From positions 1 to 64,000 of IMG/VR virus record IMGVR_UViG_3300042314_001187: a stretch of 64,000 nucleotides of DNA. One strand, written 5' to 3'. The position numbers and the translations under genes are program-made. The notes under the pieces were generated by a model. It was not told the DNA's origin and made no database searches. It saw only the letters and a program-made list of their open reading frames with translations. Shown here piece by piece: positions 28,792 to 40,274 of the stretch. The stretch comes from an uncultured virus (IMG/VR IMGVR_UViG_3300042314_001187). Its lineage: Duplodnaviria; Heunggongvirae; Uroviricota; Caudoviricetes. Numbering within the stretch: position 1 is the stretch's first letter; the number at the start of each line of letters is the position of its first letter.

Positions 28792-30036
28792 TTATTGGAT
28801 TTCATTAACTTTAAAAAACCCATAACCGTATTTTTCAAGGTCACCCACATTATCCACCTCGCCAATTCTCATTAAAGCTTCAAGACCTGATTGTTTACCT
28901 CTTTCGATAAATATATCCGACTGTGTTACGGGTTCATCAATAACGTTAAGTAATAACTCATTTTTTGTTATTCCTGAACAAACTATCATATCTGACGTTA
29001 CACCTGAAGATTCAACAACAAAAATCGTTGTCCCATCAAAGAAGTCATAATAATCAATATCATTAATTGTGTATGCAGTGTACACACCACCATTTACTAC
29101 ACCCAAAGGACCAACATATGATGGATTGTCTGATGGACCCCAAAAAGTACCAATGGTATTTGTGTCAGCAGTTATTTGAATACCCATTTTGAATCTACCG
29201 TCATATAACGATGGATTAAATTTACTACCATAGACTTCCAAATCATTTATTGTCGAATTAGTATACCCTGTTACTAAAAATGGTACGTTTGTAAAATTTC
29301 CGCTAGTCTGTAATTCGACATCACACACCGAATCACCACTGAATATATAATCATAACTCAACGATGTTGCCGACCAACTACCACCTGCGGGTATAAAATG
29401 AGCAACACCTTTAGGATTTGTTATTGTCACCACACTGTATGGTACTGTTACATCTTTCTTAACTAAATTTACACCCCAAGGACTCATACCTGACATAGTA
29501 ATAGTGAATTCACCTTGTTGGGTATATGTATGTGAATAGTTATTAGGTAGAACATTATTAACAGTCATTTGAGGTGAACCATCCCCCCAATCTATTTTAT
29601 ATTCAGAAAATGATAAATATTTTTTAAATTCAGTGTCTGAGGTGTTATAGAAATAATACGTGTTGGGGTTTGTGGTTGTTGAAGAAAAGATAAAATTAGT
29701 CATCGTTTCTTGTTGCAACACCATCCCATCAAAAACGGTATAAATACCAATATCAGTTGTATTTTCAGTGATGAAAATAGGTATTGTTAGACCCGTTAAA
29801 ATTGAATTGTACTGTTTTGTATTTGTATTGAAACTACCTCCTGACAAAATTTGAGTCATTGATGAATAAGCATACGTTTGACCACTAAAATATTTAGTCA
29901 CCGCACTTGTGTAAATGTCACAACAATAAACGTATTCGGCATTTGTTGTATCACTATTACCCGTATAATTCACTAAGAATAAATCATTCTTAATGACTTC
30001 AGGGGATATTTTATAATGAAATATTCTTTCTTCCAT
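28792..30036 (-). CDS. structural protein with PKD-like domain
   Basis: YKIDWGDGSP...SHTYTQQGEFTITM. Confidence 0.7.
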   Translation of the reverse strand: MEERIFHYKISPEVIKNDLFLVNYTGNSDTTNAEYVYCCDIYTSAVTKYFSGQTYAYSSMTQILSGGSFNTNTKQYNSILTGLTIPIFITENTTDIGIYTVFDGMVLQQETMTNFIFSSTTTNPNTYYFYNTSDTEFKKYLSFSEYKIDWGDGSPQMTVNNVLPNNYSHTYTQQGEFTITMSGMSPWGVNLVKKDVTVPYSVVTITNPKGVAHFIPAGGSWSATSLSYDYIFSGDSVCDVELQTSGNFTNVPFLVTGYTNSTINDLEVYGSKFNPSLYDGRFKMGIQITADTNTIGTFWGPSDNPSYVGPLGVVNGGVYTAYTINDIDYYDFFDGTTIFVVESSGVTSDMIVCSGITKNELLLNVIDEPVTQSDIFIERGKQSGLEALMRIGEVDNVGDLEKYGYGFFKVNEIQ

Positions 30037-30038
30037 TT

Positions 30039-30869
30039 TTAAGGTTGGTTAACGTACTCATACCATTTTATGGAACTAGTTGTTCCAACTCTATTATTAG
30101 TCAGATTGTATATTGAATACGTGTATTTATCATAATCTAATACCACTTTTTGATAGAAGTATTTAGATTCATCAAATAAAAACTTATTTGGTAAATTAGA
30201 TTGGGGTGTTGTCATCATTCTCATAAACCCACCAAGTCTACCGTTAAAAAACTTAGCACTCATATAAAATGTTGAAATGTCAATTGTTTTTTTGTCTCTA
30301 ATCCAATAAATAAAAAACCCTTCTTTATCACCAACAAAATCAAGTTTGAAAATCGGAGTTTTTATATTAACATTAGGAATAATTGGTGATATACTTGCGG
30401 ATTCCGTCGCCCCTTGTTGTGTTGGTATTATTATAGTAAAATACAGTGTTTGATTCGCAGATTGATTAGTATCATAAAAATCCAATTTAAAAAATGATTT
30501 GGTAAATGGATTTTCGTAATAATAAATCTGAGAGGACGTAAACCCTTCATTAAGATAAGTAGGTGCCCAATCAGTCGATGTTGCCACTAAAATATCACTT
30601 CCTGTTCCCGGATTATTATCAAAAAAATTAAACTCGTAATTAAGTTCAGTTTTGGTATTATTGGTATGAAAATCGTGCGAAAATCTTATAATTTCATAAT
30701 CTCTTGGACCACCGATTATCTGTTCAATAACATCTTCTTCATATAATTCAATACTCTCATCTCTACCTAAGAAATCCCATTTAATTTCTATTGGTATATT
30801 AATATACCCATCATTTTCAGGTATGGTAAATCTATAACTATTCACAGGCATCAATTGTTGGGTCATCAA
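30039..30869 (-). CDS. hypothetical structural protein
   Basis: 276-aa ORF; true start may be GTG 30845. Confidence 0.7.
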   Translation of the reverse strand: MMTQQLMPVNSYRFTIPENDGYINIPIEIKWDFLGRDESIELYEEDVIEQIIGGPRDYEIIRFSHDFHTNNTKTELNYEFNFFDNNPGTGSDILVATSTDWAPTYLNEGFTSSQIYYYENPFTKSFFKLDFYDTNQSANQTLYFTIIIPTQQGATESASISPIIPNVNIKTPIFKLDFVGDKEGFFIYWIRDKKTIDISTFYMSAKFFNGRLGGFMRMMTTPQSNLPNKFLFDESKYFYQKVVLDYDKYTYSIYNLTNNRVGTTSSIKWYEYVNQP

Positions 30870-32601
30870 TTAAATTATCACTAACAAAATTAGTTCCTTC
30901 AGGTATTATCCTAAATACATAGTTTTTATAAGGATAATGTTTACCATTTAAAAATGGGTAATCAACACCTCTACCATCTTGGTCTAAAAACCCATAAGTA
31001 TATATGTCCCTCCAAACAAACGAATCACTATATATTGAATAATATGAGTAATCCGGTAAATTACCCGTATTAAGACCTCCTTCCTCAACGTAATCTGAAT
31101 ATACTCTAATTGTTAATTTATGATGTGGTTGATAATAATAACCCATCATATTATTATAATTTTGGTTAGGTCTTTCTTTAATATCAAAAACATTATTGTT
31201 ATAAACAAACTTATGATATAATGTTGACACTGTTCTTTCCATTTGGTCAAAATCATTCCACTCGCATAAATCACCATCAATCACATCCCCTTTTTTTAAA
31301 GAATTCACATAATTAAAAATGTCTGTCACAGGATTATTTCCAACATTAGTTGTTCTAGAATAAAATCCCATAGTAACAGGCATTGACGAGTCCACATTTG
31401 TTTTATCCCACCAAGAATCAGGATTACCATTAACCAAAGGTAAGTTAAATTCATACCCTTGCTTTAATTTATAACCTGTATTAAACATCCAACCAAAATA
31501 ACCTTTCCAAATAACAGTAAAAAATAATTCAGTTATTGGTCTTTTTTGATTATCTCTTAATGGTTTTATATCAAAATCACAATTAAATGTTAATGAGTAT
31601 GACTGAGAACCTTCCTTAACTGAAACTCTCTCAATTTTATTTGGTGTGAAACCACTACTTTCAAATTTTTTTGTTTTACCAAACACATTTTGTTCAAAAC
31701 CCGATTTAACCAAAACCGCATCTTCAGGATTTGATAATATTTTTAATTCTTTAACATAGTATTTTGATATTGTATCAACAGGGTTATTAATATCAATAAC
31801 TCTTTTAAATGTCCCTTTTTGTCCGTTAAAAAAAACATTACCGGTAAATCCATAATTAAATATGTTGAATATGTATTCATTACTTCCTACAGTACCATCA
31901 CCAAATGAATAGATTTCAAAGTAATCATTACCTAAATAACTAAAACTAAGTTTTACATATTCACCTTCATTCAATCCGTGTTTAACAAAACATTTAAAAC
32001 TAACCAAATTATTACCACTATCCACAATATTTGTAATAACAAATGGAATACCATCACCTGACACCCAATTAAACACACCATTAGAATTCGTACACACTAA
32101 ATTTTTACTGTAATTATTATTAAACGGATAAGTTAAAAAATGATTCCAATTGTACGTACTAGCACTTTTAGTGACAAAATCTATATGATTATTTGGTGGT
32201 ATTGTATATCCAGAAGTATTATAATCAGTTCTAATAAAATCAAACTCATTATATTGGGGAAAACCTTTCCACCATATTGATTGTGGGTCACTTAAACATT
32301 GTTGTTTCGCCAATTCTTTAACATCCACATAGTACAAATTATTTTCAAATGGTTCATAATTAGTTTTACCTGTGTAAGCATTTTTAAATAAAATAGAAAA
32401 CTTACTTGTTGGTCTAAATGTACTTGATTTCTGTCTTTCATTATCAAAAACTTGTTCTAAACTTACATTAGCACTTCTATCATATTCAACAATTTCTTTT
32501 ACACTTTGTACTAAAGGTATCTGTATCGCAGATGATAACTCAGGTGCTGATTTGTACCTTAAAGTACTTAAAACTATTCTTATGTCTTTATTATTCCCCA
32601 T
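30838..32601 (-). CDS. hypothetical structural protein
   Basis: 587-aa ORF in the baseplate operon. Confidence 0.75.
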   Translation of the reverse strand: MGNNKDIRIVLSTLRYKSAPELSSAIQIPLVQSVKEIVEYDRSANVSLEQVFDNERQKSSTFRPTSKFSILFKNAYTGKTNYEPFENNLYYVDVKELAKQQCLSDPQSIWWKGFPQYNEFDFIRTDYNTSGYTIPPNNHIDFVTKSASTYNWNHFLTYPFNNNYSKNLVCTNSNGVFNWVSGDGIPFVITNIVDSGNNLVSFKCFVKHGLNEGEYVKLSFSYLGNDYFEIYSFGDGTVGSNEYIFNIFNYGFTGNVFFNGQKGTFKRVIDINNPVDTISKYYVKELKILSNPEDAVLVKSGFEQNVFGKTKKFESSGFTPNKIERVSVKEGSQSYSLTFNCDFDIKPLRDNQKRPITELFFTVIWKGYFGWMFNTGYKLKQGYEFNLPLVNGNPDSWWDKTNVDSSMPVTMGFYSRTTNVGNNPVTDIFNYVNSLKKGDVIDGDLCEWNDFDQMERTVSTLYHKFVYNNNVFDIKERPNQNYNNMMGYYYQPHHKLTIRVYSDYVEEGGLNTGNLPDYSYYSIYSDSFVWRDIYTYGFLDQDGRGVDYPFLNGKHYPYKNYVFRIIPEGTNFVSDNLIDDPTIDACE

Positions 32602-32603
32602 TT

Positions 32604-35600
32604 TTAATCTGTAAATATGTCACTATCTATCCATTTTCTAGTAAATCTATCAAACGCAGATTTACCTTGTGTTAATCCAAAATAAAAATAGAACGGTGCT
32701 CCTGTGTTAATTACTCTCTCAGAATATGGCACATTATCACCTGGTGAGTTTGTATCCCAATATAATGTGTCAGCATTTTGGACAGGTGGCGTCGAACCAT
32801 CTACAGAATAAATATTACCTCTATAGTATTTTGTAATCGTACTACCTTTAGTTCTAAAGTATCTTGAACTTCTTAATAACCTATCAAGGTTCTGATAACC
32901 GTAACTAAAGAATGTTGTTGCCGAAAAAGGTTCAGTATGCCATTCATTTAATTGATTACCAAAAATACTATCAGGTTTATAAGGACCAAATAATGCTGAT
33001 GGGTTTGGGTCTTCACCATCTGAATTAGGGTTAAAATTTTTCTTAATATACCACTGATAATATGGAACAACTTGTGTTTTAACATTAAAATATTCAAATG
33101 CACAATTTGCATTATTAATTGTACTTTCATCAGTAATAATAGTTCGTTTAGGTGTAATATAATCCCTAATTTGTGTGTTAGATGAGAAATACACACCAAT
33201 AATCGCATCATTAGAATTAGCACCATTATAAAAGACATCGGTACAACTATTATAATTCTCATCACTAAAACCAATAGTTCCTAACTCAGAGTTAATACTG
33301 TTCATTTGAGCATAATCACCATCAATTTTCAAATTTTCACGACTAAAGTAGGTTAGAATTTGACCAACACCCAAAATACCCAATATCTTATCTAACGAAC
33401 TCTTATTTATCAATCTCGAAATTATGAAAGTATTTAACAAATCACTCACATCTTTAAATGTTGTCGTATCTAAGTTTTTCATAACGTACCCGTCATAATC
33501 ATTTGAAAAAACAATCTCTTGAGTGTAAATGTCTCTAGGACCTAAATCCGTGATAGTAGTCGGAAACATTAAATTTTTCTGATTACCCCCAAAACTTTTA
33601 TTTGTAAACCAATTTTTTGGACTTTGACGACCAATAAATGTTTTATCGGTTGAATTATACGGACTACTTCTATAATAGAAATTATTAGATTCAGTGTTAA
33701 AATAAACCATATTTTTACAAAAACAATTATATGGTTTATTCCTCAACTTAGGATTAGGTTCAGTCGGACTTGTGAATCGTCGTGAATTAACGAATGAAAA
33801 CGAGTACAATGTACCATTTATCCAATTATTTGTAAAATAATGTGAGAAAACATTTCGACAAGCCCCAAATGTAATCACCATTCTTGCCCTCCATTCAGTT
33901 AATAACTTATAATCAAAAATTAACGTTTCAAATGGTACTGTACACGTTATATAACAACCTTGATTAAATATCTCTTCAGGTTGTGGTACACCAAATCTAG
34001 CGTTAGTTCCTTTAGGAATTCTATTACCCCAACAAGAACCAGGTCCTGATTGTGGTATTGGTTGTGTTTTATCACGAGGGTAATATGTGAAATTATTATT
34101 TTGATTAACATAATAACAATCTAAAGGTATCATACCTTCACAATTAAACGTACCTAAGATATCCGCACAAGCTCCTGTTTCAGCGTTAGCCGCTTTTGAA
34201 TCACCCGCACCACCAACACCTGAAACTGAGTTAACACCCCCATTTTGAATAACACCCCCGTCATCAGTTATTGTAAAATATGTGAAGTTATTGTTAGACA
34301 TTAAAGTATAACTTAGTTCTCTAAGTGCCGGATTTTCATTAAGTTCCTCTACCGATGATGATGGTAATCTATCTGACCTCATAACCATTCGAGCATCACC
34401 ATTACTTAAATTAATATTAACTTCAGGTAATGGTACTTGATTCTTAATAGCAACACTATTATATGTCATACTAATGAACCAACTAGCTTGTGTCCAACCA
34501 CGACCTGTTTCTAATAATGAAATTAATCGTCGATAATATGTTAGTTGTACGTTTTGTCCTGGAAACCAATTTGGATAACAACAAACCGGAAATCCAGCAA
34601 TAGTACACGCCGGAATACAATCACCATTCTCATAAGTTATATAGAAAAAATTGTTGTCTCGTTGACTTATATTAAGTGATGCTAAATTACCCCCTTCAAT
34701 AATCTCATTTGGGTAATAACCCCTATTATTATTAGTTCCAGGAACATTAGGGTACAACCAAATCATTTTATTACCCCAACCTCTAAACCAAGGTGCTAAA
34801 CCATTATCTTGATTGTTATAATCAGGTTGTACATCAATATAACCACCTAAAGCATTACCTTCAGGACCACCCCAATTCACATTACCATTATAGTTAATTC
34901 TAAGACCTTTACCTGTTGAGGTTGCTGAATTTTGAGTACCTTTACCATAATTATTAAAACAATTATCAGCCATACTTTCATCCAACATTGAATAATAGGT
35001 GTGTGCCGTCGTTGAGAATGGTCTAAAACACGCATAATCAGCCGGTCGATAAAATGGGTCTCTTCCCGGTGGATTATATGGTTGACAATTTATTGGGTCA
35101 CCATTAGCATCATAAGTACAAGTTGTCGGGTCATCTTGAGGACCAATTGCCAAACTAGTTAACGCTGGTTTCCACATAAAAGTTGAGTGAAACAAATATT
35201 GATTACTGTACGTATCTATAAGATTATTGTCAGTGATTGTATGTTTAACACATCTAATACCACCTTGAACCGGAATGTTCATTCTCATTTTATCCAATGT
35301 AACAATTTTCTTACCCCAATCCTTTTGACTATATAATTTACTCAAATCATACGAAATTGTCGTTTTTGGTGAATTAGGGTCAACACCTCTAACAAAAAAC
35401 ACAACCCTTAAACTATCTGATTTATCAATATAACCCCTAATATATGGTTTTGGTGGCGGAGCACTATAAGTTGCATGATAATGTTGTATATCACTAAGAC
35501 CATGCGGCATATTTATACTCAACAGACTAGGAGTTACTTGTACTCTTTGAGTTGAAACAATTGAGTAATTAGCGTTAATAACTCTTTCATAAAACGAATC

Positions 35601-38363
35601 CGGTAAATTAGAACCTAATGCAGTTACCGCATCAACATAATCTTTTACTGAGACATTCTCAATTACTTGAAGATACTCCAAGTCCATCGCAAATTTATGA
35701 TAACTGTCTTCTGAACCACCGGTAATAGTATATACAGTTTGTAAATTCACACCTTGACCATTAGAAACTTCACCTTGATTCGGGTCAGCGTATGTTACAG
35801 TAACCTGTGCAACATTAATTTTTTTACTACCATTATATGGGACACCAATAGTTTTACCTGTAATACTATTAGTTCCTAAATCATTAGATGGTAAGACATT
35901 TGATAAATTAACATCTTTAGTTTTTGATGGGTCAACAGTTGTTAACATACCCCCAATTGGGAAATTTGAACTTTCAGTAGAATCAACTAATACCGCAATG
36001 ACATTATCTAAATGGTATGACCCATTAAATTGATTATTACTAACAGTTAAAGGACCACCATTCATATCAGCATTAAATCTAACACCAATTTGATTCACAC
36101 CACCACCAGGATTATCCGAAGTTTGATTAAAATATTTAGCTTTAACATTAAACAAATTGAATCGTTCATGCCAAGGTAAATCTGTTGATTGTAATATTTT
36201 TTGGTCATTACCATAATTAAAAATACCCATACTTGGTGCTACACCTTTGTCATTGTCTTTACCATTAGTCGGTAAACCTGTTATAAAATAAACATCATTA
36301 CTTGCATATGGTGTAAAGGCACCTGGAGTATCAGGGATAGGATAAGGTCTTTTTGAAAACGCCCCGTCTATTACAAGGTCAGCATTAGGTGAGTTACCTT
36401 CTTCAACAGGGTCATTAGGGTCAGGTGGTACTGTTTTAGGTGCCGCTGGGTCACAAACACATAATTCACAATCAGGAAAAGTCATATTAGGTAATGGTAA
36501 ATAGGTATCTTTACATTTCCCTTCAATTGATTTCTCTCTATCCGTAAAATTATTACACTTATCTCCCGCAAAACGTTTAAATGGATACCAACTTATCGCA
36601 GTAATAGAAAACCCCCTATCTTTTAACCAACACCAAAAAGACTTTAATGCACTTACAATTGGTAGAATAATATTACATAAAACCCAAAGATATAAATGAT
36701 ATACAAAAATAACAAGAAATAAAATAACATAAGCAATAATCATTAATATTTGGAATAGAATGTAAATAATATCAATCCTAAACATCGCATCATTTGACGG
36801 AAACTTATTATTTGTCGATTCACAAGTATCGTCAAGAATGTTTTTAATCGCAATAATTCTGTTATTCGAATCACCTTTACGATATTCACTAATTAATTGA
36901 GATATTGTATATACTTTATTATATCTCATTTCATAGAATCTATCTTGACAATTGATAGCTTCTAATATCATTTCATCACCTAATGTAGTTACAGTACCAT
37001 TATTAGATTTTTCACCATAATCATCCCAATCTAAACTAAACGCATATGATGCTTTAGCTGCACGACCATTATCTGTTGTTGGAACTGTACTACCATAATC
37101 ACAAGGGTTGTCAAACCTACCAAAATTAGCCCTACTACCCGTCATTTTACCCGTTAACGGGTCAATACCGGATGATGTTGTCCATCCATACTCTTTAATA
37201 TTTGGAACTAAATAATTTGCTCGTTTAACTCTTGCACCTAAATCTGTTGATTGATTCCACATCACCTTAAATCTATATTTACCTTTAGTCGGTATACCTT
37301 TTTTAGGGTCATTAGAAATAACTTGTTCACCAAACTCATTAGTTACGACATAATCCAAATTCATTGGTACGTCAAACATCCAAGTACCATTATCATCAAT
37401 TACTTGACCACCCTCTTCCAATTCAGCTACCTCTAACGAAGGTCTTCCTTTCGAATCCATTTTTATAGTTTGTCTAATCGCCTGTATTTGACCAGGCCCT
37501 GTAATTAAACTACATAAACTACCGGATTTTAACGTTGGTTTACAATTTCTTTTTAATGCAAGGTCTTCGTCTGTTGATATTAACGACCCCATAAAAATAG
37601 CCGTTGGTCGTATTGTTATATTTTTTTCAGCTGACAAATCAAAATCGGTTCTTGTAATACCCACCTCACAAACATTTTCATCACCCCAAAATGGTTCAAC
37701 CGCAATATTCCTATTAATAGTAATAATTTGAGGTAATTCATTTAAATTGCTCGATGATTTAAATTTAGTACCATCAACTTGTTGTGGTGTTGCAACACCC
37801 ATTCGTATCATATCTTGAGGTGACAATGAAAACTCACCAATATCTGATAAGTCAATATTAACAACAACTGTTTGGACCCCAAGAGGTACTCCCAATATCA
37901 TATAATCACCACTTTCATTTGTAACTGAATTATACTTATAATATTTGTCGTAAATTTCTATTTTAGTTGGATTAGTTAGAACATCTTGTCGTGTAAAAAA
38001 AGACCCTGTTGGTACGTGATTACTGTATGATGGTTCTGTTGGTAATAAATTATAAAGGAATCCATCACCATTTAACTTTGTTAAATTTTTATAAGGATAC
38101 AAATCCGCAATTATCGGATTATTAATTTCGTCATCATCTGATAATGGGACGAACACTGAAACTTTAGCGTTTGGAACACCAAACCCATTATTAATACTTA
38201 CTCTACCAATTATGACACCATAATCTGAGCATCTCCTGTTATACACATCACTTTGAAGGACCTTTATAGATAATACTTCAAGTGATTCGAAATCTTGGTC
38301 TAACTTAACTCTAATTGATTTATCGACACCAACCGTTGTTCTTATTCTGTATGAATTTGACAT
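32604..38363 (-). CDS. giant baseplate-associated protein; N-terminal prealbumin/carboxypeptidase-regulatory-like domain and a long hydrophobic segment
   Basis: 1919 aa; GRVSINNGFGVPNAKVSV...TNESGDYMILGVPLG; hydrophobic stretch at nt ~36650-36780. Confidence 0.7.
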   Translation of the reverse strand: MSNSYRIRTTVGVDKSIRVKLDQDFESLEVLSIKVLQSDVYNRRCSDYGVIIGRVSINNGFGVPNAKVSVFVPLSDDDEINNPIIADLYPYKNLTKLNGDGFLYNLLPTEPSYSNHVPTGSFFTRQDVLTNPTKIEIYDKYYKYNSVTNESGDYMILGVPLGVQTVVVNIDLSDIGEFSLSPQDMIRMGVATPQQVDGTKFKSSSNLNELPQIITINRNIAVEPFWGDENVCEVGITRTDFDLSAEKNITIRPTAIFMGSLISTDEDLALKRNCKPTLKSGSLCSLITGPGQIQAIRQTIKMDSKGRPSLEVAELEEGGQVIDDNGTWMFDVPMNLDYVVTNEFGEQVISNDPKKGIPTKGKYRFKVMWNQSTDLGARVKRANYLVPNIKEYGWTTSSGIDPLTGKMTGSRANFGRFDNPCDYGSTVPTTDNGRAAKASYAFSLDWDDYGEKSNNGTVTTLGDEMILEAINCQDRFYEMRYNKVYTISQLISEYRKGDSNNRIIAIKNILDDTCESTNNKFPSNDAMFRIDIIYILFQILMIIAYVILFLVIFVYHLYLWVLCNIILPIVSALKSFWCWLKDRGFSITAISWYPFKRFAGDKCNNFTDREKSIEGKCKDTYLPLPNMTFPDCELCVCDPAAPKTVPPDPNDPVEEGNSPNADLVIDGAFSKRPYPIPDTPGAFTPYASNDVYFITGLPTNGKDNDKGVAPSMGIFNYGNDQKILQSTDLPWHERFNLFNVKAKYFNQTSDNPGGGVNQIGVRFNADMNGGPLTVSNNQFNGSYHLDNVIAVLVDSTESSNFPIGGMLTTVDPSKTKDVNLSNVLPSNDLGTNSITGKTIGVPYNGSKKINVAQVTVTYADPNQGEVSNGQGVNLQTVYTITGGSEDSYHKFAMDLEYLQVIENVSVKDYVDAVTALGSNLPDSFYERVINANYSIVSTQRVQVTPSLLSINMPHGLSDIQHYHATYSAPPPKPYIRGYIDKSDSLRVVFFVRGVDPNSPKTTISYDLSKLYSQKDWGKKIVTLDKMRMNIPVQGGIRCVKHTITDNNLIDTYSNQYLFHSTFMWKPALTSLAIGPQDDPTTCTYDANGDPINCQPYNPPGRDPFYRPADYACFRPFSTTAHTYYSMLDESMADNCFNNYGKGTQNSATSTGKGLRINYNGNVNWGGPEGNALGGYIDVQPDYNNQDNGLAPWFRGWGNKMIWLYPNVPGTNNNRGYYPNEIIEGGNLASLNISQRDNNFFYITYENGDCIPACTIAGFPVCCYPNWFPGQNVQLTYYRRLISLLETGRGWTQASWFISMTYNSVAIKNQVPLPEVNINLSNGDARMVMRSDRLPSSSVEELNENPALRELSYTLMSNNNFTYFTITDDGGVIQNGGVNSVSGVGGAGDSKAANAETGACADILGTFNCEGMIPLDCYYVNQNNNFTYYPRDKTQPIPQSGPGSCWGNRIPKGTNARFGVPQPEEIFNQGCYITCTVPFETLIFDYKLLTEWRARMVITFGACRNVFSHYFTNNWINGTLYSFSFVNSRRFTSPTEPNPKLRNKPYNCFCKNMVYFNTESNNFYYRSSPYNSTDKTFIGRQSPKNWFTNKSFGGNQKNLMFPTTITDLGPRDIYTQEIVFSNDYDGYVMKNLDTTTFKDVSDLLNTFIISRLINKSSLDKILGILGVGQILTYFSRENLKIDGDYAQMNSINSELGTIGFSDENYNSCTDVFYNGANSNDAIIGVYFSSNTQIRDYITPKRTIITDESTINNANCAFEYFNVKTQVVPYYQWYIKKNFNPNSDGEDPNPSALFGPYKPDSIFGNQLNEWHTEPFSATTFFSYGYQNLDRLLRSSRYFRTKGSTITKYYRGNIYSVDGSTPPVQNADTLYWDTNSPGDNVPYSERVINTGAPFYFYFGLTQGKSAFDRFTRKWIDSDIFTD

Positions 38364-38377
38364 TATTTTCTTTTAAA

Positions 38378-38384
38378 ATAAATA
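38378..38384 (-). promoter_or_regulatory. TATTTAT putative late promoter element
   Basis: 14 nt upstream of ATG 38363. Confidence 0.5.
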
Positions 38385-38434
38385 GTTTATATACTATTTT
38401 TAAAAGATAATTGATAAATTTTCAAAATAAATCA

Positions 38435-40273
38435 TCAACTAAAATTAGTTACTGATAGATTCTTAACTCGAATATTAATATCGTTATTTGGATATCTAAT
38501 TTGGTACGTTTGACTTGGTTCTGCAAATATAGTTTCATCAATTAATTCAATTTCTCTAGTGTCTTTATCAAGATATCTTTGTGATGTTTGAGATGATGAG
38601 TATTGACCACCAACTTTATTAAATACTGATATACCAGCAACACTAACAACACCGTTAGTTGCTTGAATTAATCGTCTAATTTCAGAGACATTAACATTTT
38701 CACCCATTTGTCTATTACCTGGTTCAAAATAATCAGATACTATATTAATTACTTGAGTAATTAATGAACCTTGGTTTTGACTACTCTCCAAAACAACATC
38801 AATAGTAAAAGACAAATCAATAACATTAGCCACCTGAACCGAAATATAATCATTCATCATTCGATAGTTAGATAAGTAATTAGCCACATTATTTTTTAAT
38901 GTGTCAGAAACAATTTCAGTTAACTTACCATTCTCATCATATGATAACATTTTAATAACAACTTTGTTGTTTTCTTCCGTAATCGCAACTTTAGCAGGAG
39001 CACCAAATTGTGATGGCATTGTTCTAATTAAAGAATCATAATCGTTAACCGTAACTGCCCTGTTTTGAGCTGAGAAGTTAAACGCCACTAAGTTTCTAAC
39101 CTCTTCAATTGTTGGATAATCAGCTCCACCAATAGCCGCAGTTACGTTATTACAAGACAATGAGTTAACAACATTCGTGTTTACTGACTCAGATGGTCCG
39201 TTAACGAAAAATGATACAGTCCCAATTTGTGTAATAACATTAACACCCAAATTACTAACTTGACCTCCACCAACTCTATACTGAACGAATAGTGTTGTAT
39301 TTGATTTTAATGTACTACCTAACGCAAAGTTATTTGAATATTTGTATAAATTTAGATTATATCCGTTTCTAGCAAACTCTCTTAATTGTTCATCAGCAGA
39401 TTGATTACCACCTCCAAATGTCATTTTAAAATAACCTTCAGGTGTGAATTCAGTTATAAATTTATCATTTACCGACAAATATTTACCAACTTTAATACCA
39501 GGACTATCAGACACTTTAGTTGGGTCTTCAACGAATACTCTGTCTTCCGCCAACGCTTTAACCTCATACCATCTATTATCAAGCCCCAAAAACTCTTGGT
39601 TTGAAGGGACATTACCATATTGTGTTCCGTCTTTTAATAAAACACTTGTGACCCCCAAAACATTTTTGTCAGGTAAAAACACTTCATAGAAAGGTTTAAC
39701 ATCATTAGGTGTTATAACTTTTTTATATACTTTTGTAACTCCATTAACTACCGTCTCTCTTTTAACAATCGTATAATTTATTAACTTATTATTAGAGTCG
39801 AAATTAGGTATTTTTAAACGATTAGGAAAACCATCACCACTAATTGGTGATGCAAAATCAATATCATACACAGTTTCAAAAGCTTGTCCAGCACCATTCA
39901 CCTGAGAACCTCGTCTTAATATACCACAGTATCTTAAATCTTCTTTATCTCCGTAAGCCGGCACTGTAATTGATAAATCCACCAACGCAACTGAGGGTCT
40001 TTGACCCGGTATTTTTAAACCATAAGTTCTTGCGATATTATATATTGAAGACCTTTGTTGTGCAAATTGTAAAACCGTTTCTTGAATACTTCTATCAATA
40101 TTGAAGTGTAAGTTATCAGTAACTGCCGCGTTCAAATCTAAGAACACCGAGAAAATCGCCGCGTCATTAACGTTCTCAATTAAATCAGGATAATACGTTC
40201 TTGTAAAATTAATTAACTCAGTTCTTATTGACTGAAAATCTCTTGTAGTATACGAAATCTTTTTATTAGCCAT
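38435..40273 (-). CDS. baseplate wedge subunit (T4 gp6 / baseplate J-like)
   Basis: YTTRDFQSIRTEL, AQQRSSIYNIARTYG, YRVGGG..SN, GGAD, AQNRAVTVNDY. Confidence 0.9.
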   Translation of the reverse strand: MANKKISYTTRDFQSIRTELINFTRTYYPDLIENVNDAAIFSVFLDLNAAVTDNLHFNIDRSIQETVLQFAQQRSSIYNIARTYGLKIPGQRPSVALVDLSITVPAYGDKEDLRYCGILRRGSQVNGAGQAFETVYDIDFASPISGDGFPNRLKIPNFDSNNKLINYTIVKRETVVNGVTKVYKKVITPNDVKPFYEVFLPDKNVLGVTSVLLKDGTQYGNVPSNQEFLGLDNRWYEVKALAEDRVFVEDPTKVSDSPGIKVGKYLSVNDKFITEFTPEGYFKMTFGGGNQSADEQLREFARNGYNLNLYKYSNNFALGSTLKSNTTLFVQYRVGGGQVSNLGVNVITQIGTVSFFVNGPSESVNTNVVNSLSCNNVTAAIGGADYPTIEEVRNLVAFNFSAQNRAVTVNDYDSLIRTMPSQFGAPAKVAITEENNKVVIKMLSYDENGKLTEIVSDTLKNNVANYLSNYRMMNDYISVQVANVIDLSFTIDVVLESSQNQGSLITQVINIVSDYFEPGNRQMGENVNVSEIRRLIQATNGVVSVAGISVFNKVGGQYSSSQTSQRYLDKDTREIELIDETIFAEPSQTYQIRYPNNDINIRVKNLSVTNFS

Positions 40274-40274
40274 A

